A stretch of 64,000 nucleotides of DNA, taken from positions 26,648-90,647 of the forward strand of contig JAGYKW010000007.1 of assembly GCA_018401275.1 (NCBI GenBank). Direction: 5' to 3'. The stretch is from Nitriliruptoraceae bacterium (GTDB taxonomy: Bacteria > Actinomycetota > Nitriliruptoria > Nitriliruptorales > Nitriliruptoraceae). Of the stretch, positions 10,782 through 32,196 are shown piece after piece. The notes under the pieces were generated by a model that was not told where the DNA came from, did not search any database, and saw only the letters and a list, made by a program, of their open reading frames with translations. A program made the translations under genes and the position numbers. Numbering within the stretch: the stretch's first letter is position 1; every line of letters begins with the position of its first letter.

Positions 10782-11141
10782 TCAGAACTTGAGGCCGGCT
10801 TCGCGGGCGCCCTCGGCGAGGGCCGCGATCCGTCCCATGTAACGATTGCCGCCGCGGTCGAAGACACAGGCCTCGACCCCGGCCGCCTTGGCACGCTCAC
10901 CCAGGAGCGAACCGACGCGGCGAGCAGCGGCGGTCTTGTCGCCGTCCCCGGACGCGCCCTGCTCCCGCGACGACGCGGCGGCCAAGGTGTGGCCGGTCAC
11001 GTCGTCGATGAGCTGGGCGTAGATGTGGCTGTTGCTGCGGTAGACCGACAGCCGCGGACGCGCCGCGCTCCCGCTGATCCGCTTGCGCAGGCTCAGGTGC
11101 CGGCGGCGCCGGGCCGAACGCTTCCTCATCGTGTCCATCAC
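10782..11141 (-). CDS. rplR: 50S ribosomal protein L18
   Basis: 119-aa ORF with [38 protein letters not shown]. The start could be GTG at 11141 or ATG at 11138. Confidence 0.9.
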   Translation of the reverse strand: MMDTMRKRSARRRRHLSLRKRISGSAARPRLSVYRSNSHIYAQLIDDVTGHTLAAASSREQGASGDGDKTAAARRVGSLLGERAKAAGVEACVFDRGGNRYMGRIAALAEGAREAGLKF

Positions 11142-11220
11142 GGTCTCGTCTCCTGTCGTCGGGCGCTCGGCCCGACGGGTGGTCCTTGGTGCGGTGTCCC
11201 GGTCGCCCGGGGTCGCGGGG

Positions 11221-11760
11221 TCAGCGGCCTGCGGCCTTCCCGGCCTTGCGGCGGACGACCTCGCCCTCGTAGCGGATGCCCTTGCCCTTGTACGGCTCGG
11301 GGGGGCGGACCTTGCGGATGTTGGCGGCGATCTGTCCGACGAGCTGCTTGTCGATGCCGGACACGCCGATCTTCGTCGGTGCGGACACCTCGAAGTCGAT
11401 GCCCGCGGGGGCCTCGATGAGGACCGGGTGCGAGAAGCCGACCTGCAGCTCGATGCCGCGACCCTTCAGCGCCGCGCGGTAGCCGACGCCGACCATCTCG
11501 AGATTGATGCGGTAGCCCTCCGTCACGCCGGTCACCATGTTGGCGATCAGCGAGCGGACGAGTCCGTGGCGGGAGCGTTCGATCGGCGAGTCACCCTTGC
11601 GCTCGACGACGATCTCCCCCTCCTCGGGCCGGATGGCGACGCCCACAGGCATGGTGGCCTCGAGCGCGCCCTTGGGTCCCGAGACACGGACGTGCAGACC
11701 GTCGATGACGGTCTCGACGCCCGCGGGGATCGGGACGGGGTTCTTTCCGATGCGTGACAT
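11221..11760 (-). CDS. rplF: 50S ribosomal protein L6
   Basis: 179-aa [24 protein letters not shown]...[23 protein letters not shown]. Confidence 0.95.
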   Translation of the reverse strand: MSRIGKNPVPIPAGVETVIDGLHVRVSGPKGALEATMPVGVAIRPEEGEIVVERKGDSPIERSRHGLVRSLIANMVTGVTEGYRINLEMVGVGYRAALKGRGIELQVGFSHPVLIEAPAGIDFEVSAPTKIGVSGIDKQLVGQIAANIRKVRPPEPYKGKGIRYEGEVVRRKAGKAAGR

Positions 11761-11774
11761 GTCGGCTCCTCAGC

Positions 11775-12173
11775 TCACCAGACGTAGGCGACGATCTCGC
11801 CGCCGAGTCCGCGGCTGCGCGCGGTGCGATCGGTCACGAGCCCCTCGTTGGTCGAGAGGATCGCGACCCCGAGTCCGCCCAGGACGCGCGGGATCTCGGT
11901 GCGCTTCACGTACACCCGAAGTCCGGGCTTCGAGATCCGACGCAGGCCGGTGATGACGCGCTCACGGTTCGGCCCGTACTTCAGGCGCACGGTCAGCGTC
12001 GGCTGCGGCTCGGTCGGCTCGATCGAGTAGCCCCCGATGTAGCCCTCCTTCTCGAGGACCGCGGCGAGGTTCACCTTGATCTTCGAGGACGGCATCGTGG
12101 TCGTCTCGAGATGCGCGAGCGAAGCGTTGCGGACACGCGTCAGCATGTCGGCGACGGGGTCGGTCATGGTCAT
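11775..12173 (-). CDS. rpsH: 30S ribosomal protein S8
   Basis: ORF 11775..12374 trimmed to [20 protein letters not shown] (ATG at 12173). The C-terminus is GGEIVAYVW. Confidence 0.94.
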   Translation of the reverse strand: MTMTDPVADMLTRVRNASLAHLETTTMPSSKIKVNLAAVLEKEGYIGGYSIEPTEPQPTLTVRLKYGPNRERVITGLRRISKPGLRVYVKRTEIPRVLGGLGVAILSTNEGLVTDRTARSRGLGGEIVAYVW

Positions 12174-12267
12174 CGGTGTCGCTCCATCGGGGTTGCGGGG
12201 ACCGGCCCCGTACTTCCCTTCGTGATTCGGTGGTCCGTCGCGGTCTGCGACGATCCCGGTGTTCGGG

Positions 12268-12453
12268 CTACCAGCTGGCCTTGGTGATGCCGGGCAGCTC
12301 GCCCGCGTGCGCCATCTCGCGGAAGCAGATGCGGCACAGGCGGAAGCGCTTGTAGACGGCGCGCGGACGTCCACAGCGCTGGCAGCGCGTGTAGTTCTGG
12401 ACGTTGAACTTCGCCCCGCGGTTGTTCGCGACGATCTTCGACTGCTTGGCCAT
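12268..12453 (-). CDS. rpsN: 30S ribosomal protein S14, zinc-binding type Z (61 aa)
   Basis: ORF 12268..12510 trimmed to [61 protein letters not shown], which carries a CxxC...CxxC motif. Confidence 0.92.
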   Translation of the reverse strand: MAKQSKIVANNRGAKFNVQNYTRCQRCGRPRAVYKRFRLCRICFREMAHAGELPGITKASW

Positions 12454-12454
12454 G

Positions 12455-13030
12455 TCAGGCCTCCTCACGCACGAAGGGGAACCCGTACGCGTCGAGCAGC
12501 GCGCGGGCATGAGCGTCGTGGTCGGTGGTGGTCACGATGGTGATGTCCATCCCGCGCACCGCGTCCACCGTGTCGTAGGCGACCTCGGGGAACACGAGCT
12601 GCTCGGTCAGACCGAACGTGTAGTTGCCGTGCCCGTCGAACGAGCGCGGGTTCATGCCGCGGAAGTCACGGGTGCGCGGCAGCGCGACCGTGATCAGGCG
12701 GTCGAGGAACTCCCACATGCGGTCGCCACGCAGCGTGACCTTGATGCCGATGGGCATGCCCTCGCGCAGCTTGAACGCGGCGATCGACTTCCGCGCGCGG
12801 TTGATGCGCGGCTTCTGACCCGTGATCGCTGCCAGGTCCGCCATCGCGCCGTCGAGCGCCTTGGAGTCGTTGATCGCCTCGCCGAGGCCGACGTTGAGCA
12901 CGACCTTGTCGAACCTCGGGATCTGCATGACGTTGTCCAGCCCGAGCTGCGTCTTCAGCGCAGCCGCGATCTCGTCGCGGTACTGCTGCTTCAGACGCGG
13001 CATCGGACGCGCGGTGGTCGTGGTGCTCAT
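12455..13030 (-). CDS. rplE: 50S ribosomal protein L5
   Basis: ORF 12455..13171 trimmed to [21 protein letters not shown] (ATG at 13030). The core contains [18 protein letters not shown]. Confidence 0.93.
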   Translation of the reverse strand: MSTTTTARPMPRLKQQYRDEIAAALKTQLGLDNVMQIPRFDKVVLNVGLGEAINDSKALDGAMADLAAITGQKPRINRARKSIAAFKLREGMPIGIKVTLRGDRMWEFLDRLITVALPRTRDFRGMNPRSFDGHGNYTFGLTEQLVFPEVAYDTVDAVRGMDITIVTTTDHDAHARALLDAYGFPFVREEA

Positions 13031-13076
13031 GGCTGCTCGTTCCTCGCGGTGGTGATCGGGTGACGGTCCGTGCGGA

Positions 13077-13403
13077 TCAGAACGTGGCCTCGCAGCGACG
13101 GCAGCTGCGCGTCTTGCTGCGGCGGTCACCCTCGGTCTCGTAGACGTAGCCGACGCGGGTCGCCTCGCCACAGGACGGGCAGACCGGCATCACGTTGGAG
13201 ATGTGCACGCTCGCCTCGGTCTCGATGATGCCACCCTCGGTGGCGCCGGACTGGGTCTGCATGCGCTGGTGCTTCTTGACGTAGTTCACGCCCTCGACCA
13301 TCACCCGGCCGCGCTCGCGCAGGACCTGCACGACGCGCCCGACCTTCCCGGCGTCCTTGCCGGCGATGACCTTGACCTGGTCGTCCTTGCGGATGCGCTC
13401 CAT
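13077..13403 (-). CDS. rplX: 50S ribosomal protein L24 with a Cys4 (CxxC-x22-CxxC) C-terminus
   Basis: ORF 13077..13523 trimmed to [27 protein letters not shown] (KOW motif). The start overlaps the rplN stop as TGATG. The C-terminus is [38 protein letters not shown]. Confidence 0.92.
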   Translation of the reverse strand: MERIRKDDQVKVIAGKDAGKVGRVVQVLRERGRVMVEGVNYVKKHQRMQTQSGATEGGIIETEASVHISNVMPVCPSCGEATRVGYVYETEGDRRSKTRSCRRCEATF

Positions 13404-13771
13404 CACAGCACCTCCGGGGCGAGTGAGATGATCCGCATGAACTTCGAGTCGCGGAGCTCGCGCGCGACGGGACCGAAGATGCGGGTCCCGCGCGGCGTCC
13501 CGTCGGGGCGGATGATCACGCACGCGTTGTCGTCGAAGCGGATGTAGGAGCCGTCGGGGCGACGCTGCTCCTTGCGGGTGCGGACGACCACGCAGCGGAC
13601 GACCTCACCCTTCTTGACGTTCGACTGCGGGATCGCCTGCTTGACGGTGCCGATGAAGACGTCACCGACCGACGCGTAGCGGCGGTTCGACCCGCCGAGC
13701 ACGCGGATGCAGAGCACCTCGCGGGCGCCCGAGTTGTCCGCGACTCCGAGTCGCGATTCGGTCTGGATCAT
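13403..13771 (-). CDS. rplN: 50S ribosomal protein L14
   Basis: 122-aa [36 protein letters not shown]. Confidence 0.96.
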   Translation of the reverse strand: MIQTESRLGVADNSGAREVLCIRVLGGSNRRYASVGDVFIGTVKQAIPQSNVKKGEVVRCVVVRTRKEQRRPDGSYIRFDDNACVIIRPDGTPRGTRIFGPVARELRDSKFMRIISLAPEVL

Positions 13772-13841
13772 CGTTCTCTCTCTGGTCGAGCCGGTGGTAC
13801 GGAGTGGCCCGGATCGCGCTCACGCGGACCCGGACGGTCGG

Positions 13842-14114
13842 TCACTTGGCGCGCTCGACGACCTCTGCGAGGCGCCAGCGCTTCAGCTTCGACAACGGAC
13901 GCGTCTCGATGATGCGCACCGTGTCACCGACGTGGGCATCGTTCGCCTCGTCGTGGACGTGGTACTTCTTCGAGACACGGATCGTCTTGCTGTAGAGCGG
14001 GTGGGTCGTCGTCCGCAGCACGCGCACGACGATCGTCTTGTCCTGGACATCGGACACGACGACGCCCTGGCGGACCTTGCGGTCGTTCCGGGTCTCGCTA
14101 CTACTCACGGTCAA
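13842..14114 (-). CDS. rpsQ: 30S ribosomal protein S17
   Basis: 90-aa ORF with [21 protein letters not shown]...[23 protein letters not shown] overlap with rpmC. Confidence 0.94.
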   Translation of the reverse strand: MTVSSSETRNDRKVRQGVVVSDVQDKTIVVRVLRTTTHPLYSKTIRVSKKYHVHDEANDAHVGDTVRIIETRPLSKLKRWRLAEVVERAK

Positions 14115-14326
14115 ACCCTCCCACGCGCGGCAGCGATCTCACGCTCGCGCAAGACGGTGAGGACGCGCGCGATCTCGCGCCTCACCTTGCTCAGCTGACG
14201 GGGGTCGTCGAGCTGTCCGGTCACCACCTGGAAGCGGAGGTTGAACAGCTCCTCCTTGCCCTCGGCGTAACGCTGACGGAGCTCGTCATCGGGGAGCTCT
14301 CGGAGTTCGGCGGCTGTCATGCTCAC
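14111..14326 (-). CDS. rpmC: 50S ribosomal protein L29
   Basis: 71-aa ORF with [29 protein letters not shown]. Confidence 0.93.
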   Translation of the reverse strand: MSMTAAELRELPDDELRQRYAEGKEELFNLRFQVVTGQLDDPRQLSKVRREIARVLTVLREREIAAARGRV

Positions 14327-14739
14327 GCCTCCTCACGGCTGATGAACTTGGTCTGGACCGGCAGCTTGTGGGCCGCCTTGCGCATGGCCTCGCGCGCGAG
14401 CTCCTCGGTGACGCCGCCGAGCTCGAACATGACGCGGCCGGGCTTCACCGGTGCGACCCAGTGGTCGGGCGCGCCCTTGCCGGAACCCATGCGGGTCTCG
14501 AGCGGCTTGCGCGTGATGGAACGGTCCGGGAAGATCGTGATCCGGACCTTCCCGCCACGCTTGATCGCACGCGTCATCGCGACACGCGCGGCCTCGATCT
14601 GACGAGCGGTGATCCACCCGGGGGTGGTCGCCATCAGGCCGTAGTCACCGACGTAGACCTCGGTGTGGCCCTTCGAAAGACCCTTCAGCGGGCGCGGACG
14701 ATGCTGCTTGCGGTGACGGACGCGCTTCGGGGACAGCAT
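14323..14739 (-). CDS. rplP: 50S ribosomal protein L16
   Basis: 138-aa [27 protein letters not shown]...[25 protein letters not shown]. Confidence 0.96.
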   Translation of the reverse strand: MLSPKRVRHRKQHRPRPLKGLSKGHTEVYVGDYGLMATTPGWITARQIEAARVAMTRAIKRGGKVRITIFPDRSITRKPLETRMGSGKGAPDHWVAPVKPGRVMFELGGVTEELAREAMRKAAHKLPVQTKFISREEA

Positions 14740-15680
14740 CAGGCATCCCCTCCCTTGTCCTCAGCCTCGGCCACGGGGGCCTCGACCACGGGGGTCTCGA
14801 CCACGGGCGCGTCGGTCGCGACCGGCGCCTCGGCCACAGGAGCCTCGGGCGCTGCCGGGGCCTCGGCCGCAGCGGCCGGAGCCGCAGCAGCGGCCGGGGC
14901 CACCGCACGAGGTCCGCCGACACCGGTGACCTTCTTCGCCACGTTGGCCGCCTTGCGGGTGGCCTTGCGACGCGGACGGTCGTCGACGGGACGGCCCTCG
15001 GCCATCGCCTTCGCACGGTCCATCGCGCGCTGCGCCTCGGCCTCCTCGCCGGAGCCGATCATGTCCCCGGTGTAGACCCAGACCTTCACGCCGATGCGGC
15101 CGTAGGTGGTGCGGGCCTCGTCGAAGCCGTAGTCGACCTTGGCGCGCAGCGTGTGCAGCGGGACGCGGCCCTCGCGGTACCACTCGGTGCGGCTCATCTC
15201 CGAACCACCGAGACGACCACCGACCTGGATGCGGATGCCCTTCGCGCCGGCCTTCTGCGCGGACTGCACGGCACGTCGCATGGCGCGACGGAACGACACG
15301 CGACCACGGAGCTGCTCGGCCACGTTGTACGCGATGACCTGAGCGTCGAGGTCGGGGTTCTTGATCTCGACGATGTTGAGCTTGACCTTGCGGCCCACGA
15401 GCTTCTCGAGGCTCTCGCGGATCAGCTCGGCCTCGGCACCCTTGCGCCCGATGACGATGCCCGGACGCGCGGCGAACATCGACACGTCGGTCTTGTCACC
15501 GGTGCGCGTGATCTCGATGCGGCTGACGCCGGCGTGACGGACGCGCTCACGCAGGTAGACACGGATGCGGTTGTCCTCGTGGAGGTAGCCGGCGTAGTCC
15601 TTGCGGTCGGCGATCCACTTCGACTTCCACTCCGTCGTGATGCCGAGACGGAAGCCGTACGGGTTGACCTTCTGACCCAT
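14739..15680 (-). CDS. rpsC: 30S ribosomal protein S3 with an Ala/Pro/Glu-rich C-terminal tail
   Basis: ORF 14739..15899 trimmed to [22 protein letters not shown] (ATG at 15680). 313 aa, ending in ...[53 protein letters not shown]. Confidence 0.94.
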   Translation of the reverse strand: MGQKVNPYGFRLGITTEWKSKWIADRKDYAGYLHEDNRIRVYLRERVRHAGVSRIEITRTGDKTDVSMFAARPGIVIGRKGAEAELIRESLEKLVGRKVKLNIVEIKNPDLDAQVIAYNVAEQLRGRVSFRRAMRRAVQSAQKAGAKGIRIQVGGRLGGSEMSRTEWYREGRVPLHTLRAKVDYGFDEARTTYGRIGVKVWVYTGDMIGSGEEAEAQRAMDRAKAMAEGRPVDDRPRRKATRKAANVAKKVTGVGGPRAVAPAAAAAPAAAAEAPAAPEAPVAEAPVATDAPVVETPVVEAPVAEAEDKGGDA

Positions 15681-15681
15681 G

Positions 15682-16038
15682 TCAGACCTCCTCGGTCGGG
15701 GCGACCACGACCGTGATGTGACTCGTGCGCTTCCGGATCTTGAACGCGCGGCCCTGGGCGCGCGGCATGAAGCGGCGCATCGTCGGACCCTCGTCGGCCC
15801 AGGCACGGGCGACGACGAGCTCGTCAGGATCGAAACCGTCGTTGTTCTCGGCGTTGGCGGCTGCGGAGCGCAGGACCTTGAGCAGCGGCTCGGCCGCACC
15901 CTTGTCCGCGAAGCGCAGGACGTTGACCGCGTCCGGCACGGGCCGGCCGACGATCAGGCGCGTCAGCTGACGCACCTTCGAGGCGCTCACCCGCACGTAC
16001 TTCGCGGTGGCCCTCGTCTCCTTGGTCTCGGTGGTCAT
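15682..16038 (-). CDS. rplV: 50S ribosomal protein L22
   Basis: 118-aa ORF with [23 protein letters not shown]...[25 protein letters not shown]. Confidence 0.94.
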   Translation of the reverse strand: MTTETKETRATAKYVRVSASKVRQLTRLIVGRPVPDAVNVLRFADKGAAEPLLKVLRSAAANAENNDGFDPDELVVARAWADEGPTMRRFMPRAQGRAFKIRKRTSHITVVVAPTEEV

Positions 16039-16322
16039 CGACGACCCTTCTGCGACTGCTTCTCACCGGCGCCGCCCCACTTGATGGCGCGCGTCGGGGC
16101 GAACTCGCCGAGCTTGTGCCCGACCATCGACTCCGAGACGAACACCGGCACGTGCTGACGGCCGTCGTGCACGGCGATCGTGTGGCCGACCATCTCCGGG
16201 AAGATCGTCGAACGACGCGACCAGGTGCGGATGACCTTCTTCTCGCCCTTGGCGTTCTGATCGTCGATCTTCTTCATCAGATGATCGTCGACGAACGGAC
16301 CCTTCTTGAGGCTGCGTGGCAT
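16035..16322 (-). CDS. rpsS: 30S ribosomal protein S19
   Basis: ORF 16035..16415 trimmed to [19 protein letters not shown] (ATG at 16322). The core contains [33 protein letters not shown]. Confidence 0.95.
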   Translation of the reverse strand: MPRSLKKGPFVDDHLMKKIDDQNAKGEKKVIRTWSRRSTIFPEMVGHTIAVHDGRQHVPVFVSESMVGHKLGEFAPTRAIKWGGAGEKQSQKGRR

Positions 16323-16324
16323 GG

Positions 16325-17158
16325 TCAGCGACTCCGATTCCGGCCGCGGCGACGGATGATCGCGCGGTTCGAGGCCTTCTTCTTGCTGCGGGTGCGACGC
16401 TCGGGGTTGCCCCACGGGTCGACGGGGTGGCGGCCACCGGAAGAGCGGCCCTCACCACCGCCGAGCGGGTGATCGACAGGGTTCATGACGACACCACGCG
16501 ACTGCGGACGACGTCCGGACCAGCGGGTGCGTCCGGCCTTACCGAGCTTGATCAGCTCGTGGTCCTCGTTGCCGACCGCGCCGATCGATGCGCGGCAGCG
16601 CGCGTCGACCAGACGGATCTCGCCGGAGGGCAGGCGAAGTGCCGCCGTCACGCCCTCCTTGGCGAGCAGCTGGATCGCCGTGCCTGCCGAGCGACCCATC
16701 TTGGCGCCACCGCCGGGACGCAGCTCCACCGCGTGCACGACCGTTCCGACCGGGATGTTCGCGAGCGGGAGCGAGTTGCCGACCTTGATGTCGGACTTCG
16801 GCCCGGACTCGACGATCTGCCCGACCTTCAGGTTGCGCGGCGCCAGGATGTAGCGCTTCTCACCGTCGTGGTAGTGGAGCAGCGCGATCCGCGAGGTGCG
16901 GTTCGGGTCGTACTCGACCGCCGCGACCGTGGCAGGGACGCCGTCCTTGTTGCGACGGAAGTCGATGATGCGGTAGCGACGCTTGTGCTGCCCGCCGCGG
17001 TGACGGCTGGTGATGCGCCCGTAGGCGTTGCGGCCCGCCTGGAAGTGGTGCGGAGCCAGCAGCGACTTCTCGGGACGCGAGCGCGTCACCGTTGCGAAAT
17101 CGCTCACCGATGCCCCGCGCCGCGATGGCGTGGTCGGCTTGTACTTGCGGATGCCCAT
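16325..17158 (-). CDS. rplB: 50S ribosomal protein L2
   Basis: 277-aa [24 protein letters not shown]...[25 protein letters not shown]. Confidence 0.97.
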   Translation of the reverse strand: MGIRKYKPTTPSRRGASVSDFATVTRSRPEKSLLAPHHFQAGRNAYGRITSRHRGGQHKRRYRIIDFRRNKDGVPATVAAVEYDPNRTSRIALLHYHDGEKRYILAPRNLKVGQIVESGPKSDIKVGNSLPLANIPVGTVVHAVELRPGGGAKMGRSAGTAIQLLAKEGVTAALRLPSGEIRLVDARCRASIGAVGNEDHELIKLGKAGRTRWSGRRPQSRGVVMNPVDHPLGGGEGRSSGGRHPVDPWGNPERRTRSKKKASNRAIIRRRGRNRSR

Positions 17159-17187
17159 GGTCTACGTCTCCAGCGAGTGGTTCGGTC

Positions 17188-17478
17188 TCAGAGCCCGGCG
17201 TCGAACAGCTCGATGCGGTCGCCGGGTGCGACCGTGACGATCGCACGCTTGGTGTCGGGACGCTTGCCCACGATGAGGCCACGGCGCTTGCGCTTGCCGC
17301 GGCGGTTCATCGTGTTCACGCTCAGCACCTTGACGTCGAAGATCTTCTCGACGGCCTGCTTGATGTGCGTCTTGTTCGCCTGCGGGTCGACGATGAACGT
17401 GTACTTGTTCTCGTCGAGCATCTCGTAGGACTTCTCCGAGATGACCGGGCGGCGGATGACGTCGTGGATGTCCTTCAC
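17188..17478 (-). CDS. rplW: 50S ribosomal protein L23
   Basis: ORF 17188..18087 trimmed to GTG at 17478 (GGAGGACGGACA GTG), giving (M)[54 protein letters not shown] overlap with the rplD stop. Confidence 0.9.
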   Translation of the reverse strand: MKDIHDVIRRPVISEKSYEMLDENKYTFIVDPQANKTHIKQAVEKIFDVKVLSVNTMNRRGKRKRRGLIVGKRPDTKRAIVTVAPGDRIELFDAGL

Positions 17479-18194
17479 TGTCCGTCCTCCTCGGCCGTGA
17501 CGAGCTCGACCTCGATGTCGGCGTCGCCCGAACGCATCCCGGTCCCGATGAGGCTGATGGCGGCCTCCTCGAAGATCACGGTGTCGCTGAGCAGGACGTC
17601 GTGGGTGTTGAGCTGGTCGACGAGCAGCGTGTGGACCGCGCCCAGGTTGCGCACCGACAGCACCGCGGCCTCGTCGAAGTCCGCGAGGACGAGCAGCACG
17701 TTCTGCCCGGCACCCAGCGCATCGAACGCAGCGATCGCGTCCTTGGTGCGCGGTGCGTCGAAGGCGAAGCGGTCGACGACGATGACGTTGCCGCCGGCGA
17801 GCCGGTCGGTCAGCGCCGAACGCAGCGCGCTGCGTCGCATCTTGCGGTTGACGCGCTGCGACCAGTCCTTGGGGACACGGCCGTGGCTGACACCACCGCC
17901 GATCCACTGGGGCGAACGCGTCGAGCCCTGGCGGGCGCGGCCGGTGCCCTTCTGCTTCCACGGCTTGCGGCCACCACCGCTGACCTCGGCACGCGTCTTC
18001 GTCTTGTGCGTGCCCTGGCGGGCGGCGGCGAGCTGCGCGGTGACGACCTGGTGCATGACCGGGATGTTGACGTCGCCAGCGAACCACTCACCGGGGAGGT
18101 CGACGCTGCCGACCTTCTTGCCGGTGAGGTCGACGACGTCGACGGTCGCGGCGACCGTGTCTGCGGCGGCCTTGGTCGAGGAACGGGGGGCCAT
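17475..18194 (-). CDS. rplD: 50S ribosomal protein L4
   Basis: 239-aa ORF with [36 protein letters not shown]. Confidence 0.94.
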   Translation of the reverse strand: MAPRSSTKAAADTVAATVDVVDLTGKKVGSVDLPGEWFAGDVNIPVMHQVVTAQLAAARQGTHKTKTRAEVSGGGRKPWKQKGTGRARQGSTRSPQWIGGGVSHGRVPKDWSQRVNRKMRRSALRSALTDRLAGGNVIVVDRFAFDAPRTKDAIAAFDALGAGQNVLLVLADFDEAAVLSVRNLGAVHTLLVDQLNTHDVLLSDTVIFEEAAISLIGTGMRSGDADIEVELVTAEEDGQ

Positions 18195-18862
18195 CAGGCC
18201 TCACCTCCCTGGAGCGCCGGAGCGCGGTCCGGGTGCTTCACGGCCGAGCGGACGAGGACGACCTGACCGTCCGCACCGGGGATCGCGCCCCGGATGAGGA
18301 TCAGGTCGTGCTCGGTGTCGACCTCGACCACCTCGAGGTTCTGGACGGTGACGCGCTCGCCACCCATGCGGCCGGCCATGCGCGTGCCGCGGAAGGTGCG
18401 GCCCGGCGTCGAGCAGGCGCCCACGGAGCCCGGGTGACGGTTCTTCTTCTTCACACCGTGGCCGTCGCCCATGCCGGAGAAGTTGTGACGCTTCATGACA
18501 CCGGCGTAGCCCTTGCCGCGGCTGGTCCCCGTCACGTCGACGAGGTCACCGGTGCCGAACAGCGACACGTCGATGGACGCGCCGAGCTCGGGCAGCGTGT
18601 CGCCGTCGGCCATGCGCAGCTCGGTGAGCGCGCGGGCGGACTCGACGCCTGCCTTGCGCAGGTGGCCGGCCAGCGGGCGGGTCGTGTGCTTCGCCGCGCC
18701 ATAGGCGATCTGCACGGCGGCGTAGCCGTCCGTGGCAGCGGTCTTGACCTGCGACACCGTGTTGGGCGTCGCGTGCACGACGGTGACGGGGACGACTCGT
18801 CCCTCTTCGTCGAACACCTGGGTCATGCCGAGCTTGGTCCCGAGGATGCCTCTGGAGCCCAT
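18194..18862 (-). CDS. rplC: 50S ribosomal protein L3
   Basis: ORF 18194..18979 trimmed to MGSRGILGTKLGMTQVFDEEGRVVPVTVV (ATG at 18862). Confidence 0.94.
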   Translation of the reverse strand: MGSRGILGTKLGMTQVFDEEGRVVPVTVVHATPNTVSQVKTAATDGYAAVQIAYGAAKHTTRPLAGHLRKAGVESARALTELRMADGDTLPELGASIDVSLFGTGDLVDVTGTSRGKGYAGVMKRHNFSGMGDGHGVKKKNRHPGSVGACSTPGRTFRGTRMAGRMGGERVTVQNLEVVEVDTEHDLILIRGAIPGADGQVVLVRSAVKHPDRAPALQGGEA

Positions 18863-18953
18863 GTCGTCGATCTCCTGCGGTGCCGTGCGGCGCCGCGAAC
18901 GTCGTGGTGGTGCAAGCGTGTGGTCGGTCGCAGCCTGGGCGGCGACCGCTGGA

Positions 18954-19262
18954 TCAGGTCTCGATGGCGATGTCGACACCGGCCGGGACCGAGAGGCCCA
19001 TCAGCTTGTCGACGGTGGCCTGGTTGGGGAGGTGGATGTCGATGAGGCGCTTGTGGGTGCGCATCTCGAAGTGCTCCCGCGAGTCCTTGTGCTTGTGCGG
19101 GGAACGGATGACGCACCAGACGTTGCGCTCGGTCGGCAGCGGCACCGGTCCGGTGACGTGCGCGCCGGTCGCCTCCACGGTGTCGACGATCTCACGCGCG
19201 GAGCGGTCGAGGACCTCATGGTCGTACGACTTGAGGCGGATCCTGATCTTCTCGTCTGCCAT
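18954..19262 (-). CDS. rpsJ: 30S ribosomal protein S10
   Basis: ORF 18954..19334 trimmed to [28 protein letters not shown] (ATG at 19262). 102 aa. Confidence 0.95.
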   Translation of the reverse strand: MADEKIRIRLKSYDHEVLDRSAREIVDTVEATGAHVTGPVPLPTERNVWCVIRSPHKHKDSREHFEMRTHKRLIDIHLPNQATVDKLMGLSVPAGVDIAIET

Positions 19263-19290
19263 CTCTGTCCCTGTGCGTCGTCGTGTCGGC

Positions 19291-19324
19291 CCGGTCCGGA
19301 CCCCCGCGAGGGGGCCCGGACCGG
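19291..19324 (-). terminator. Strong hairpin directly after tuf (terminator or attenuator ahead of the S10 operon)
   Basis: ccggtccggaccccc gcga gggggcccggaccgg: a 15-bp stem with one mismatch and a 4-nt loop, 7 nt after the tuf stop and 29 nt before the rpsJ start. No U-tract. Confidence 0.45.
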
Positions 19325-19330
19325 TTCCGA

Positions 19331-20518
<1,188 letters not shown>

Positions 20519-20573
20519 TGCAGTCCTCCTGTTGTTCTCTGTCGCGCTCGGGCGACCTCAATGGTTCAGCTGG

Positions 20574-22694
<2,121 letters not shown>

Positions 22695-22787
22695 CGCGGG
22701 TGTTCCTCGTGGTCTGTGCTGCGGGAGCGGTGGTGTGGAGCGGAGTGCTGCGGGCGGGCTGCCACCGGTGTCACCGGTGGCGGTGCG

Positions 22788-23261
22788 TCACCAGCGGTAG
22801 TGCGCGAAGGCGCGGTTCGCCTCCGCCATCTTGTGGGTGTCCTCGCGACGCTTGACGGCCGCGCCGACACCGTTGGAGGCGTCCATGATCTCGCCGGCGA
22901 GGCGCTCGCCCATCGTGTGCTCGCGACGGATGCGGGCGTAGCCGACGATCCAGCGCAGGGCGAGGGCGGTCGAGCGCGCGGGCCGGACCTCGATCGGGAC
23001 CTGGTAGGTCGCACCACCGACGCGGCGGGACTTCACCTCGAGGGCGGGCTTGACGTTCTCGACGGCGCGCTTGAGCACGCTGATCGGGTCGCCGCCCTGG
23101 GTGCGGTTGCCGATGTTGGCCAGGGCGTCGTAGACGATGCTCTCGGCGATCGAACGCTTCCCGTCGCGCATGATGCGCGCGACGAGCTGCGTGACCACGG
23201 TCGACCCGTACTTCGGGTCAGGCAGGAGCTTGCGACGGCCCGGCGATCCCTTGCGAGGCAT
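22788..23261 (-). CDS. rpsG: 30S ribosomal protein S7
   Basis: 157-aa [23 protein letters not shown]...[18 protein letters not shown]. Confidence 0.96.
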   Translation of the reverse strand: MPRKGSPGRRKLLPDPKYGSTVVTQLVARIMRDGKRSIAESIVYDALANIGNRTQGGDPISVLKRAVENVKPALEVKSRRVGGATYQVPIEVRPARSTALALRWIVGYARIRREHTMGERLAGEIMDASNGVGAAVKRREDTHKMAEANRAFAHYRW

Positions 23262-23262
23262 A

Positions 23263-23634
23263 TCAGCTGTCCTTCTTCACGCCGTAACGGGAACGGCTCT
23301 GCTTGCGACCGCGCACGGCAGCGGCATCGAGCGCGCCACGCACGACCTTGTAACGGACACCCGGGAGGTCCTTCACACGACCACCACGGACGAGCACGAT
23401 GGAGTGCTCCTGGAGGTTGTGGCCCTCGCCCGGGATGTAGGCGGTGACCTCGGTGCCCGAGCTCAGGCGCACGCGGCAGACCTTGCGGAGGGCCGAGTTC
23501 GGCTTCTTCGGCGTGGTCGTGTACACGCGGGTGCAGACCCCGCGGCGCTGAGGGGATCCCTTCAGCGCCAGGGTCGTGTTCTTGGACGGCTTGCGCTGCC
23601 GTCCCTTGCGCACCAGCTGCTGGATGGTGGGCAT
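23263..23634 (-). CDS. rpsL: 30S ribosomal protein S12
   Basis: ORF 23263..23814 trimmed to [52 protein letters not shown] (ATG at 23634). Confidence 0.96.
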   Translation of the reverse strand: MPTIQQLVRKGRQRKPSKNTTLALKGSPQRRGVCTRVYTTTPKKPNSALRKVCRVRLSSGTEVTAYIPGEGHNLQEHSIVLVRGGRVKDLPGVRYKVVRGALDAAAVRGRKQSRSRYGVKKDS

Positions 23635-23817
23635 CCTGCGTCTCCAATGTCGGGCGTGCGGGACCCCGCGTGCGCGCACAGGCGCGCAACGGTGTCTCGT
23701 GGGCGTTGGGGCGGGCCGGTCCGACCCACGGGGCCGGGCGTCCCACCTCGGGGTGGTGGTCACTGCGATCCGTCTGCTCGTGGGAGCGGTGCCGCAGGTC
23801 GGGCGCCGGAACACAGG

Positions 23818-23839
23818 CTGCGGCCCCTGGGGGCCGCAG
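23818..23839 (-). terminator. Candidate terminator of the rpoBC transcript
   Basis: ctgcggccc ctg ggggccgcag hairpin (9-10 bp stem), about 95 nt after the rpoC stop. On the transcribed strand it is followed by CCTGTGTTCC. A second GC hairpin lies at about 23881-23912. Confidence 0.45.
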
Positions 23840-23931
23840 TGAGGGAAGGGTACCGAGGTGCGGTGCTGCCTGTCAAACGGGGCCGGGCCGGCCGTCCGGC
23901 CGACCCGGTCCCGATGACGGTCTGCTGTGGC

Positions 23932-27909
<3,978 letters not shown>

Positions 27910-27993
27910 GGGGACGACCTCCTCAGGCCTCGCGGCCGGAACTCGTGCGGGTCAGCGGTTCAGCGGGTCGAGCGTGTGGTGTCGAGCTGCGGT

Positions 27994-31506
<3,513 letters not shown>

Positions 31507-32094
31507 CGTGGACCCTCCCTCGGCGGCGGCCCCCTGTGGGGTGGACCGCAGTGCGGCGGTTCCGGCGGTCGCGCCCTTCGGCGGTCCCGGCGGCCCGGTG
31601 CGTGTCGTGCGAGCCGTGCGGCGTGCTGGCGGTGCGGTGCGCTGGCCGTGTGCGTGCTGCGGCGTGCGGTGCACGGTCGCGCTGGGACATCAGCCCCGTC
31701 TGCTGCGTCTGCTGCGTGGTGATCGACGTGCTGACGGTCCCTGCATGCGGTCGAGCGCATCGAGTGCGTCGGTGCGAGTTCGTCGTGGGGCTTCGGACCG
31801 GGGGCGGTCTCGTCGTCGGTCCCTCAGTCCGGCTGGCGTACAGGAGCGGTGTCCGGTGCGTCCTACCCGGGAGGTGCGCCGGAGAGCGGTCCGGGCAGGG
31901 CTGCTGGTGGCGGGTCACCCGGGAGCGCTCGGACGGTGGCCGGCGCCACGGACGCTGCCATGCGGGCACGGCCGGACGGACCGATAGGTCCGGCGGACTT
32001 CGACGGTCGTGACGACGGGATGGCAGGACCTCTGACGGACGACGACCTGATGCCCCGCACGGCAACAGGGAACGGCGAACACACGCCGAACCCG

Positions 32095-32123
32095 ATATTA
32101 CCGATGACGCCTCGAACCGTCAA
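32095..32123 (-). promoter_or_regulatory. Near-consensus sigma-70/HrdB-type promoter for rpoBC
   Basis: The minus strand reads TTGACG (32123-32118), a 17-nt spacer, then TAATAT (32100-32095). It sits just downstream of the rplL terminator hairpin and implies an rpoB 5' UTR of about 580 nt. Confidence 0.5.
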
Positions 32124-32137
32124 ATGGACGCTCGGAG

Positions 32138-32162
32138 CCGCCCCGGGGACGTCCCGGGGCGG
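32138..32162 (-). terminator. Candidate terminator or attenuator after rplL
   Basis: Perfect 10-bp stem ccgccccggg/cccggggcgg with a 5-nt loop, 35 nt after the rplL stop. Confidence 0.5.
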
Positions 32163-32196
32163 TCCTGCGAGATCCGACGGACCGCGGACGGCCAGC

